Notes: generated from the letters alone by a model not told the origin. A DNA stretch of 63,162 bases, filler included, from Sphacelaria rigidula (GCA_964200075.2; 9 parts of 9 records of this genome joined end to end with filler, not necessarily neighbours in it); one strand, 5' to 3'; shown: positions 37,340 to 49,276, counted from the first letter of the whole stretch. A program made the numbers and translations.

Positions 37340-37780
37340 GTGTTTGAAAAATAAAATCCTGTAGAAAACTGCCTTTTGGGCCCTTCTCCGTCGTTTTACG
37401 CCCGAAAGAGAGGCTAGGCGGATGTTGACACCTTGGAGCCCCTTGCTCTACTCGTTGAGACCGTTTCAGGGCAACTTTGCGTTTTCCGCTGGCCGCAGGA
37501 TTTGTTTGGCCGAACTTGCTTTTCAATCACAGAAGATAAAGTGATGAAAAATAGCGAAATGCCACTTTTTTTTTCATCCCTCGACCGTTTGTTTTCGAAA
37601 ATGTAAGTTTGGCCAAAAATAAAACTGCAGCCAGCGAGAAACGCAAAGTTGCCCTGGATCGGTCTCAACCAGCGGAGCAAGTCGTTCAAAGGTGTCAGCA
37701 TTCGCCCAGCCCTTTTTTCGGGCGTATAACAATCAAGGAGGGCCTAAAGGCAGTTTTCAACTGGATTTTTTTTCCAAGCC
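37340..37780. mobile_element. Second foldback family (~440 bp)
   Basis: gaaaactgcctt..cagggcaactttgcgttt against aaacgcaaagttgccctg..aaggcagttttc. Confidence 0.78.
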
Positions 37781-39064
37781 AACAAGAATTGGTCTAATAA
37801 GGACACTTGATTCGTATCAAAATACCATTACAAAAAAAGTCGTACCTGATAGCAGGCCAAAAAACCACTGCATATGTGATCAGGAAACGCGTTTTTTTTG
37901 TTTGAAAAATCTGATAATTTTGTCCAAAAGCCCAGAGTTATCACAAAAGCTTGATTCGCTGATAACTTTGGGCTATCGAGAAATGTTGTTGAAAAAGCTT
38001 TTGAAATCCCGCCGCCCCCCAACACACCTTGCAGCCCACAACAGCACCCATGGTGGCTTGGCTGCCATTACTACGCCTGCTCCTGGTGCCCGCGGGCTGT
38101 CAGCGTATTGCTCCGTCGTCTTCGCCCGCCAGTAGCGTGATGGCCTTTTACCCCCATGAAAACAGCACAGGGCAGGATCGATGACGAGTACTGTACAGAC
38201 AGTCTGTATGTCGCGCCTACGCAGTTCTGGTCTGTGCATGCATAGCGTGGTGCCAACAATAGTCGCAATGCAGTAAAGACTGCCCACGCACCCAAGCCTT
38301 GTAGAGGCAGGACCGTACTGGCTGTACACACGAGACCGTACGTAGTGCAACTACTGTATTACTACAGCCAATGCATACAACATGGCACGGTCTGTACTGT
38401 TGTCCGTGCTGTCCGCACAGTCAAGTACTATCATGCAGCGAAAAAGTACAACCGTCAGTTCTACAGTCAGTTAGTACAGCAAGGCGGCCTTCTTGTTGTT
38501 CGTTTTGCGTCATGCACCCCACCATGTATTGCTCTAGTCGATATATTGCAGTAGTATACTGTAGACAGACAGTACGGACCGTACACCACGACACAACAGC
38601 AGAGTGCGGTCTCTCTCGCGCCCCCCAGAGTTTGAAAAATTATGCCCACATGCCTTTTAGAAAACGATGAACACTGCTTTTCCGATTTTGATGGTAAAGA
38701 TTTCGTGATGAGGGCTATTTCAAAAACTTTCTGTTGTTGAAAAACGCATTTTTATATACGAGCTGGGCCAGATTGAAAGCTGCTGAACGTTGCCCACACC
38801 ACAGCTTTCCAATTTTTCGAATAAACCCGATGTGAGCATATCACTCTGAACTGTAGACCCACCCGATGACAAAGGACTGCGTCGCTGTTCGACTGGCGTC
38901 GTATTGTCGATGACGTTATTGTACTGCATAGAGTACGGGGTTCGTCTGATATCGTTGGGCGATAGCGTGTCGGAGTGTGTGTGTGTGTGTGTGTGCGTGT
39001 GTGTGTGTTTTAATGCAGTGGGTTCACGTCAGCAATCACCCCGCACTGGGCATATGTGGGGTGC

Positions 39065-39480
39065 AGAGCAAGGCGGATTATGACGCGGTGAAGTTTCTAG
39101 CTGTACTCGTTGAGATGGTTCCATCACACCCGTGTGTTTTCCGGTGGCCGCAGTTTTCTTCTTGCCCAAACTAGCAGTTTTCTCGGGGATCGATCATTTT
39201 CCTCGGAGACTGCTCATTTTTCTCAGAGGCCGGTCAAGTCCCGAAACGCTCCCGAAGTTTGTGTGGACTTGATCGGTCTCTGAGAACAAAGTGCTCTGTT
39301 CGGTAAAAAAATCCTGCGGCCACCGTGAAAACGCACAGGTGTGCTAGAACTGTTCCAACGAGTGTATCAAGGCACTCCAAGGTGTAAAGATCCGTCTGGC
39401 TCTCTTATAGGGCATAAATCGACGTAGAAGCTCCAACAGACACTTTTGCAAGATTTTTATTTTGTTTGCCCTCAGAAACG
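39065..39480. mobile_element. Diverged copy of the second foldback family, next to a (GT)n retroposon tail at ~38975-39070
   Basis: tactcgttgaga..ggtggccgcag against ctgcggccacc..caacgagtg; the right arm resembles 37680-37770. Confidence 0.62.
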
Positions 39481-39945
39481 GCCTTAATCACTTCCGCCGC
39501 TCTTTTTTTACTCATATTTATATAAATATATTATGGGACACGCCTTTGAAGGGTAGCACGTACCAACCACAGAGCGTAAAGTTTCGAATGATTTTTCTTA
39601 AATGACGTCTTGGCTCGCTCTAAGATGAGCTCTTCTATGTCCCAAGTCAGGTCGGCCCCATTCGTTCAAATGAGTATCGTGACTCAATGCAGACTCATCA
39701 CCATCTTTTTAATTAGTCGTAACAACGTAAGTCATTCTCATCGTCATTTTTTCCTAGTTAGCCCCGATCACTCGAAGCAGACTTCTGACCCTTACACCCC
39801 AATTTAGACACGGCGTGAGAAATTTCGTACCATCTTCCAACAGTCAAGTAAAGCGTTTTCTCTCTCGCTCCCTCTCCTTTTTTTTCTGAATAGAGCGTTG
39901 TTCACATTATGCTCACCGACGCCTCTACCGACCGAAATACCACAG

Positions 39946-40290
39946 ATGAATCAGCGACAACAACGGCGTAGCGCGGCGGTTGGCACAACGGTGGTTGATC
40001 TGACTCCCTCCGCTCGTGTTACCTCCAGCGGGAGTATTGCCCATGGACAAACAGCGCAGCAACCGTGCACGAAGCACAACGAGCCCCTCGAGGGTCACCG
40101 CCGCCAGCATGAGTGTGGCCGCAGTGCTAGGAGCGAGCGACCGCAACCGGTGCCTCTGTGGAAAGCACGCAACATCTTGCTGGAAGCTGTGATTAGTGGG
40201 AGGTTTCTAGGCACAGCGAATGATGGACCTGGAAGTGGGGACAGAGGAGCGGCTGAGGCTCCTGAAGGGGTGCTGTATAGACGGCTAGAG
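39946..40290 (+). CDS. Candidate exon of an unknown protein
   Basis: cacag acceptor, 115 open codons, GAG|gtatgc donor, phase 0 into 41090. Confidence 0.45.
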
Positions 40291-40710
40291 GTATGCATTA
40301 CAGTGGGTCTCGGGTCATGGCGTACACGATAACGCTACGGCGGGTGATGTTTTGCCCGAGCGACACGTTTGGCGATCCAAACGCGGGAAACGGAGGCGAA
40401 TAGGCATGGATATTTTACCGTATGCATATGTTTATAACGGTAGATCGATCGATCGGTGAGAGTCGAGTGTTGCAGTCCCGGACAATATATACAGAGTGTG
40501 GGCTTATTGCGATCATAAGATTGATATACCTTTTATTGCTGCGTGTACAACATCGTTTGCGTCAGACTGTCGAACCGTTTAAATAAACTTCCGAAACACT
40601 CTGGGTTTCGACGGAAGCGGCCCGCTGTATTCGGAAACAGGTACAGGGAAGGAAGTGAGACTTGATCAAAATGATATATGAGGAGTTCGACCGCAAGAAG
40701 CGGCGCTGAA

Positions 40711-40809
40711 CCCTTAGACAACGAGAGTAGGGTCATCTGTTGAATCGGCATCGATTTCACTTAAACAAGGTATGCACGATCCAGATGGACTACCCTCGCG
40801 GTCTAAGGG
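40711..40809. mobile_element. 99-bp piggyBac-type MITE
   Basis: tgaa|CCCTTAGAC...GTCTAAGGG|ttaa with extended imperfect TIRs. Confidence 0.75.
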
Positions 40810-41089
40810 TTAATTGAAGATCGCGCGCCAACTCCTGTGGAGCCTGCCGTGAAGCTGTTCGGTTCAGCATTTCATGATTCCAAGACACGAAGGTCGAGTC
40901 CATCGAACTGTTCATTGATAGCGGATATCTTCTCTGTTGCGCCTAAGCCAGTGGCAAGTCAACCAACGGGTTCAAGCCCGCATGGCTCGCTTCGTCCGTG
41001 CAGAAATTATTGCGAAATATCGGTACCTACTCGTCATACGTAAAAAGAATATATCATTGCACGGCGGTCGGTGATGGCGATCTTGACAG

Positions 41090-41294
41090 GTGCTGGTGGA
41101 CCCTGAGGAGCTAGGCCACAGCGGCCAAGCGGCTCCGCTCGCGTGGTTCTGCGCGCAGTCGCCACCCCGCCCCTTCCCTCTGGAAGATCCAACCCTTCCT
41201 AGAGTATTTTTAAGGACACCCAGTGCTACCGTTTCGGAGCGAGAAGATCAAGAATCAGGCGAGTTCCCAAGAGCGAGGATCCCGCACATTGCAG
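41090..41294 (+). CDS. Candidate exon of the same unknown protein
   Basis: gacag|GTG CTG GTG GAC..., open frame, GCAG|gtcaat donor. Confidence 0.45.
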
Positions 41295-41679
41295 GTCAAT
41301 GCGCTTTACGTTTGTCGTAGAACCAGTTTCGGAACCATTTTTTTTCAGGTAGGGTTCAGTCTGATCATTGCTGTTTCGGAAAAGTTGGTGGTGGTGGTCG
41401 GTCCGGTCTGAGTCGTGGTACAGTTGGTGATCGGGCTCCGCTCAAAGTATACGGTTTCACCTGCTGAGCCGCCGATTCTTCGTGGATTCTATTGACCGGC
41501 GGTTGGTTCTTCCAGATTTTGACGGGCACGCAAGGCGCCTTCTTGCCAATGCACTGATTAGCGCCACTGTGTTGTTTGCGTTTCCGGTTTCGCGGAGCGC
41601 CTGAATAAACCGATGTAAATGAATAAGTACGTGGGTTTTACCCATCGTAAAAGTTCAATCGCCCCTTCCCCCTTATGAT

Positions 41680-42040
41680 GACCTATGAGGCAGCGTGGAA
41701 CCCGTGGTCGTCGTTGGAAGTTGTGATACCAGAAAAGGAGGCACCTCATTGGAGACTTTCATCCATGTGCAAAATAATCAGTATGCTTAGGGGCGAACGA
41801 TTTTAACAGGATGCAGGCCACCCTCCATGTGACTCGTCGAACCCATCATGGTACTTCACGGTTAGTGACGGATTGCGAACATGATCCAGCGAAAACCCGG
41901 CGTGCTCCGTCCCGGGTTTGTAGGGATGTGAGATCAATAATCATATGACTACGGCATGCAAGATCATGAGTACCCCCCCCCATTCCCGAAATGGTCACGC
42001 GACTAAGGCAAGCAACAAATGAGTACGCCCCCCCCCCCCT
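41680..42040 (+). mobile_element. Family B copy with a family A 3' fragment directly after its C-tail
   Basis: ...gatcatgagtacccccccccc-attcccg-aaatggtcacgcgactaaggc..gagtacgccccccccccc-ttcccg. Confidence 0.82.
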
Positions 42041-43790
42041 TCCCGGTTCCTTCATGGTGAGACACCCACGAGGCAATNNNNNNNNNNNNNNNNNNNNNNN
42101 NNNNNNNNNNNNNNNNNNNNNTTAATTAATTAANNNNNNNNNNNNNNNNNNNNNNNNNNNNNNNNNNNNNNNNNNNNGTGGTTGTGGGGGGGGAGGGCGG
42201 ACGCCGGGGGGGGGTCGTGGGGGGGGGGGGGGAGGGGTGGCGGGGGGGGGGCTATCGTAGAAAGTGTTGAAGAAAAAAAAATGGAAGCACTCGCTGAATA
42301 AAAGTGGAAAAAAACAGAACGGTTTCGGGTATGAAGCTCTCATCCGTCAGCCCTACGGAAGCGAGGCACCAAACTGCGACTAACATTTTCCGAGAGGAAA
42401 GTACACACAAGCACGAAGAAGGGCAAAGATGGGGGAAGTAAGAGAGAACAGAGTGGGAGAAAACTTCAGGTGTGATGAAATCCACGTTCATTCGAAAAAA
42501 AAAGGTGAAAATGATGGCCATTCGACAGGAAGGATATCCCTGAAGGTCAGGTCAACAGCTTGAAACTAGTTTTTTCACCCCCAACGAAAATTCGCCAGAA
42601 CAACAGAACTATCGTAAAAAGAATTCTGGGTGGGAAAAATAAATAAATGAAATCTGAGTAATTCGAAGCGACCGCTTCCCCGCTCCTTGAAATAATCCGT
42701 TTTTTTCCTCTTCTTCGTGGGGCAGTATCAAAACAATTGGTTTGAGTCAAAAGTGTGCGAATACAAACAAATGTGTTCCCTATGGTCAATTCACCTTTTC
42801 TGATAAAAGTTCTCGGAATGAAAATACACCGTTCCGGAAAAAAAAAACCCGAACGTACCGAACAAACGATGGAAGACAAGTTTTTCTTCACAAGACGAGA
42901 ATAGATCAAGAATACATTGATTGCTCGAAAACCGACCCTCACCCATCACCACACACACGCACACTGTACTCTGATTTTTCGCCGTCAGTTCTAAAATTAT
43001 TATTATTATGCTCGTCACATTAGCTCGATCTCTCGAACCCGTGGTCACAAGTGAAGACGCGAAAAAAAATACTTCCTCTGTGCCATAAGTAAAGGCCCTT
43101 GTGATCGCACGGACCCTTAACGGTGTGATGTTTGATTTTTGGTCTTTTTATTCATATTCGGCGTTTTTTTTTTTAGCTAAAACCAACATTCTTTCTACAA
43201 CGTGGGTGCTTGATCCGTGCAGCATCGCGGCCGGGAAAAAGTAGGTCGGTCCAAAATACGGTCATTTTTCGCTCGTTTTCCCAGGAAACCATGCGAGATC
43301 CGGGAACACGAAAAATCGCGAAAAATGAGGCAGAAAATGTGAAAATCGTGAAACCACCATTCCATTGATTTTGGACATGTCCGTGATGTTAACCTACGCA
43401 CGCCCAATCCAACATTTTGTTAGCATGTCATTGCTAGTGCTCGACGTGAAAACGTCCCAAATCGGTCAATGATGGGGTATAAATGGATCAAAAAGGGTCA
43501 AAATGGGGTATATATTTCGACATAATTTTGGTGATGAAGACTTTTTTTCGTTTTTTTTTCGTTTTTTTTTCATCAGTTTCGTCTGCGCTTTACCTCTCCA
43601 ACGAACCCAACCATAGGAGAATTGTCAACGTTGACATACCCAAACGATTAAACGCCCATAAGGATCTTTACTTATGGCACAGAGGAAGTATATTTGAGTC
43701 TTCCATTTTTTTCTCTCGCGACCCTGCCTTACTTTCAGGTCTACTACGAGTATAGCGCTGCACGGATATTCTCCTCTTCTACCAGCTCAC

Positions 43791-43951
43791 CTGTCGGGGA
43801 TTTGGTCAGCGTGAGGGTGGTAATCCAGCCTAACTCTGGCACTGTTATTCTGGCCGATCAACCCCTCAAACTCTCGCTCGTTGATGTGTCCGTGGTGGAA
43901 CAACTCGTGCACAACCTCCCGGTGCTGAACCAGCATATACCTCGCTGCCAC
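43791..43951 (-). CDS. SOS1/NHX7-type Na+/H+ antiporter, cytosolic helical region exon
   Basis: VAARYMLVQHREVVHELFHHGHINEREFEGL...YHP; aligns by eye with SOS1 VTYSVL..GLLEEKE..RNPP; tgcag/gtgagc sites. Confidence 0.8.
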
Positions 43952-44454
43952 CTGCAATGAAATCAATCAATCGTCCGGTAATAAAAAAGAGCAGCGAGAA
44001 GTTCCGCGCAATTCATGTGTTGTGCATCCGTGAACCCTTCCAGAGCTCGCTCATCATGGGCAGCCTTGTCCGGCCCGTCATTTTATCAGGACAGCTTTCC
44101 ACCGTGCAAAATACATTGGGATACATAGTTCAACACTTTCACACCGCCACCGGGGTGGGTCACCCGGCTCTCCTTCCATGTGAGCATGATGCCGAATTTG
44201 GCACACATGGTCATTTATACCTGGCGATCGCCATGGTGTCAAAAATACTACATTTTTTTTTAAATCGAAAAAAATATACACATCCGTACATATATGTAAA
44301 TATTCTGCCCGAACTTACAGCTGCAACCGCAATTTTATTTTTCTCAACATTTGTTTTCTTCCCAACGAGGCAGCCGAAGAGGGAGGTGGGAGGGGATACT
44401 CATGATCTTACATGCCATAGTCATATGATCATTGGCCTCGGGAGGGGAGGCAGG

Positions 44455-45912
44455 GGGGGGGGGGGGCGTATTTATTTGTTGCTTGCCTCAGTCGTTTGTG
44501 AACATTGACCATGCATCGTTTTCGAGACGGAGCAAAGTTCCCTCTGCTGATAAAGACATCTCCAAATTTTGGGTGCTCAGTTCGTTTCTTCCATACATTA
44601 CACAAAAACCTCTTACATATCTCATCCCCTTCCTGCTTCGCGACCTGTGGCCACCACCTATCTCCTAGTATAGCCATCATTTTCTCTCTGTCTGATGCGT
44701 CAAACGATTCCATGTCATGTTCGTTTGCTTCTCTCACATTTCCTCTTTAACGTGTCCTGTTCGTCCTTGTACGGCCCACATTCCCATCCCATATGAGTTC
44801 TGCTAACCCTCTGCTGCTTTGCCACAGTAGCAATTTCTGTGCACCTAGTTCCTCATCCACCCCACTACTGCTGTAATTCTTCCTTCTCTCTGGCAGGTCC
44901 AGGTCCCCCACCCGAAATCGCACTTTCAACTCCTTCGCGGAGTCCATTGGGCTATGTGGGTATATTTCCACCCCCTATCCCCTTTCCCCAACTCCCCCGT
45001 ATATCTTCAGGTGCTCTTCTTCGTCTACTTTCCGTATTGGCGCTTGTTTTCCCCTTATTTCCATAATGTATCTCACCCTTGTCTTGTACCCCCCAGATTG
45101 ATTCCCCAATGGACACTAGTTCGTCTCGGTTTCCTCCGATCTCTTCCCATATTTCCTCGAAAACGCTATTCCACCATATTCCATCCTGCCCTTCCGTGAC
45201 TTTCGTTCATACAGCCTCATCAATTATGGCCGGCAATTTCTTTCTTGGCATAGACATGGTGTGATATTGTCCTGTCAATTTTCCCATGTCTCCATTCCAA
45301 GACCTACTCTCAATTAATACTGCATTTCTCGTCGTTCTCGAGCATCCGAGCATTTTCTGAGCTGCTGTCGTCTGTACGGTTTCCAGCTGCTTCACCAACT
45401 TCGCGTTCTCCTCCCACATACTTCTCCTGCACATTTCAGCTTCGGTACCAGCACATTCATTAGAATATACATATCTTTATCCTAGTATTGTATCGAGGAG
45501 CGAGTCTCTCGGGAATGTGTGCATCCCAAGGACAGTTTTCGACACGTCCACGCCAGAGAAATGTATTGTGGTCTACGGTCGGCAACTCCTCTTCTCCCCA
45601 CTTCCATCTGAGCTCTACCGGGTTCTCCTTATCTTCGCTACATAGAAAGTACCTCGCACTTATTTATGTTCAGTCACTCTCCATGTCCTACGTGGTGCAT
45701 TCTATAATAGCGCCTTCTCTATTTATTTCTGCAATCCTTTTTCTGGTGTTTCTGATATCCCCGCAAGATGATCCGTGAACACCAATCCCCATACCGTTTC
45801 TCCCCCCACCTTGACTCCTTGCTTTGCTGCGTCTGTTGCTATTATCACGCCATTCACAAATTACCTTGGATAAAGTGGGCGATGACGTACATCCTTGTGC
45901 AACTTGTAAAAT
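44455..45912 (-). mobile_element. 5'-truncated, degenerate LINE (RT domain to C-terminus), source of family A tails
   Basis: VAQGCTSSPTL (QG..LSP.LF), GLVFTDHLAGISE (FADD-like), WKWGEEELP, QLETVQTTAAQKMLGCS, RFRVGDLDLPERRK, ILGDRWWPQ; ends in tacgC(n); G-runs on both flanks. Confidence 0.88.
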
Positions 45913-45989
45913 AGGGCGGGAGGGGGGGGGGGAGACAGCGCTTGAAAGTTACTGCATTAGCAGACATTCGTCACCAACTAAAGAGACAG

Positions 45990-46250
45990 GAGCAATGCTA
46001 CGGTAGGGATGTAGTTCTTGCGCAAAATCTTATCTGGTTCAGGGGCTCTCAATGATTCTAGATGCACAAAAATATGGGCCAGGGCATCCCCGTTTGCAAA
46101 ACCATTCGGGATGTCCCTGTAACAGCACATTGGAATAGTAATCCTGGCGTACTCTCACATATTCCATAAGCCGTATTTGGGATGATATCAAGGGCTCCTA
46201 ACAATTCCAACCTTGGAAAATATTTGTGCGCCCCTACCGTAGCATCCCTC
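45990..46250. mobile_element. 261-bp MITE with GAG...CTC termini and ACAG TSD (Sola2-like)
   Basis: acag|gagcaatgctacggtaggg...ccctaccgtagcatccctc|acag. Confidence 0.85.
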
Positions 46251-46707
46251 ACAGATTACTTAGAAAAGAGAAAGGAAGAGAGCAAACTCCAATCCAAAAT
46301 ATGTAAGGGAATATATCGCCTAACCCTTTGCACAACTCGGGGCCCTGGTTGAATGCTAACCGAACGGATTTATGAGGGGTGCGGAGGGGATGATGTCCGT
46401 ACACGCAGCGAAAAGATCGAGATGGAACACGAAAACTACTCCCTCATGCACGCTTAGCTTCTTGTCTAAACCGTAAAGTTTTGCACCACTCCTGCCTGCT
46501 AAGCCAGCCCCCCACACCCATTGACTGTGGCACCCTCCACCTATGCCTGCAGAAACAAACCATCATTCAAAATCTGAGGAGATTGTCCACAACAGGAGAA
46601 ATATCTCGGAACAAAATGAAGTAAAATCGAATAACACACACAAGCACATGAGCGTGCAACGATGTGGAACTGAAAATGAGAAAAAAAGTCCCCATCACGT
46701 ACGCCTT

Positions 46708-46708
<1 letters not shown>

Positions 46709-46759
<51 letters not shown>
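46709..46759 (+). repeat. (AC)~25 microsatellite
   Basis: Perfect dinucleotide run. Confidence 0.95.
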
Positions 46760-46761
<2 letters not shown>

Positions 46762-46920
46762 AGCGTTCACCGATGTGGAAATGAAAACAGCAGTAAAAGT
46801 GACAGGCTCATCACATGGCCCTTGACAAAACACAAACACACACACGAAAGGGATGAGCGTTCAACGATCTGGAAATGACAGCAAAAAATAGATAAAAATA
46901 TGACTGTCCCGTCTCATCAC

Positions 46921-47143
46921 CTGGGTCTTGAGGGAACGGGCAAGCTCGGGGAACACCGGCAGCTGCTTCGACAGTGTCTCTCGGGCGTCCTTCAACTGCC
47001 GGTTTTTCTCCAGCGCCAGCTGATACGCCACAGGACCCTCGTTCAACAGCTCCAGGATGTCCACGTCCTCGTGTGCAGAGATGAAATTGGAGGCTAGCTC
47101 GAAAATAAAAGTGAGTCGTCGGTACATGTACGGCTCCAGGAGT
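46921..47143 (-). CDS. SOS1/NHX7-type Na+/H+ antiporter exon
   Basis: LLEPYMYRRLTFIFELASNFISAHE...FPELARSLKTQ resembles SOS1 ERLESACYISAAFLRAH...FPQVLRVVKTKQ; phases 2 and 0 fit. Confidence 0.82.
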
Positions 47144-47486
47144 CTGCAGTACGTTCGTACCCCGAGGAAAATGGGTGGGCGGGTGGGTAGTAGGTGGGAA
47201 GGCGGCGGCAGGGATAGGGCGATGCTCTTTTCCGTCGTTGATTGATGCTCGATTAATTGATTGATTGAGTGATTGGTTGGTTCATGGAAAGCGTGAGAAC
47301 GTGAGTAAACGAGGTAGTCGACTGGGTTTGTGTGACGTGAGTTGATGCGGTTCGGGAGTGCTGATAGTCATGACCCAATATCGCTCATATGAGGCGCTTC
47401 ATGCAATCCGAAGCTAGCTATCATGCTCGGCATAACCACTCTCTTTGTGGCAGTTTTGGGGCTGGTTTGGAGGAGGGGGGGGCCGA

Positions 47487-47560
47487 GGGGGGCGTATTCA
47501 TCTGTTGCTTGCCTTAGTCGTTTTAACATTAAACACGCATTCCTTTGGAGACGGAGCACG
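47487..47560 (-). mobile_element. LINE family A 3' fragment
   Basis: ggggggcgtattcatctgttgcttgccttagtcg...gagacggagcac. Confidence 0.78.
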
Positions 47561-48828
47561 TGCCATGGGGGGGAGGGCGGTCTTTTCATTGCAAAAACAA
47601 ATCGTATCTCTGTAGCTAACAAAACACAAAAATTCGGAGAAATTATTTCCCTTACCGGTTCCAACGTGCATACCACAAGTGGAGAGTCGATTGACAACGG
47701 ACACGAACTAACCGCTACACCACTGTGGTGGAACAAAAACAACAAATAAACACGGTACTCACTTCGATGGGTTACAATCGATCTGAAACGACCTTTACGT
47801 GCTCTTGCGATGTCTATTTTTTGCAAGCCCATCGTGTAATACCCTTAGTAATGAACATAAACCACTGTTGACGTACGTCAATCATGGATGATGACCCGGG
47901 ATGCACGTGAGTCAAACTCTCTTTAGAACCGTGCATGACAAATATTTCCGGCAGGCTACTACTACCTGTGCTAAATAGCTCTATTTTTGCGAGTATCGGA
48001 CGGGTAACGAAAAAAAACGCAGTTTCAAGTATAATTTATTTTCCTCGCGTCCGTCTTTTTTGGCGACTGCATTTTTTTTCAGACCACGAGAAAGAAGTCA
48101 CGACACAGCGAGGTAAGAGTAAAAAAAAAAAAAGCAGTGTCACGTAAGTTCCTCGCGTCCGTCTTTTTTCGGCGACTGCATTTTTTTCACATCAGAAAAA
48201 AAAGTCACGATACAGCGAGGGAAGCAAAAAGAAAAAAATCTAGACCAAAAGTTTCCGGTACTTGTATTGTAATCTCAACACATATATATCAAGTCTTTGT
48301 AACATAGTCTTGGCGGTAGCATTGGTTTATCGTCACAAAAAGGTCACCAAAGTGAGAGGAAAATAAAATAAAAAGCAGACCTTTGCAAGGGTGTGTCGGG
48401 TACACAGTAAAAACACCCGGATCTCGTCTTACGATGGTCTGATCTTCAAACTCTGCTTAAATATATCGGGGGCAGAGTCAGGTACGATCGCATACTCCAC
48501 CTCCCAACCCTTGAGAACTTGGGGGAGTGCGATTCTTCAAAACACTCAACCATAAAACTTTTTCCACCCGACACAACCCTTGAAAGCTTGTGCGCGTGTG
48601 TGTTTTTCTTTCGGAGGTGGGGAAGAGGGGGGAAGTACTCATAATCTTGCGTGCCGTAATCATATGACCATTTACCCATATGACGGGGATCTAGGTGGGC
48701 TGGGGGAAGAATCATTTATTTTTTTCACCACGAAAAGGATACGGTAAGTAGTGCGAGGGAAGCTTTTCTTTTTTTTGGGGGGGGGGCGGGGCGGGGAGGA
48801 TCCTGTAGTGAGGGTATACATGTTTCAC

Positions 48829-48953
48829 CTTCCAATTATGGGTATCTTGCGGATGTTGGCCATGCTCATAGCTGGCAACGTGAAGGCTTTCTGGAGATGA
48901 CTCCACTGCTCGAGCTCTTTCTCTTCGTGGTCCAACTGGGCGTCCATGTTCTC
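48829..48953 (-). CDS. SOS1/NHX7-type Na+/H+ antiporter exon
   Basis: ENMDAQLDHEEKELEQWSHLQKAFTLP resembles SOS1 QSVDEALD..LCDWRGLK..FP; acag/gtgaaa sites. Confidence 0.78.
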
Positions 48954-49206
48954 CTGTTTCGTGTGTGCGATTTTTCGACGGGAAGAGGCGACGAAAGAGG
49001 AAGAAAAGTAATAATAAGCATCAAAACGTGAAGTGAAAAAAAGATCGGGGGGGGGGGGGGGGGGGGCAAACCTTTAGTTCCTTCGCCTTTGGTTTTTATA
49101 ATAGCANNNNNNNNNNNNNNNNNNNNNNNNNNNNNNNNNNNNNNNNNNNNTTAATTAATTAANNNNNNNNNNNNNNNNNNNNNNNNNNNNNNNNNNNNNN
49201 NNNNNN

Positions 49207-49276
49207 CCGCCTCGAAAGGGATGCGTGGTCAATGATCGAACGACTAAGGCAAGCAACAAATGAGTACGCCCCCCCC
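49207..49276 (+). mobile_element. LINE family A 3' fragment at the contig start
   Basis: cctcgaaagggatgcgtggtcaatg..gagtacgcccccccc. Confidence 0.82.

Noticed and set aside
41640-41750. Further antiporter exon (GHHKGEGAIELLR)
   Set aside because: It overlaps a family B repeat and lies on another scaffold
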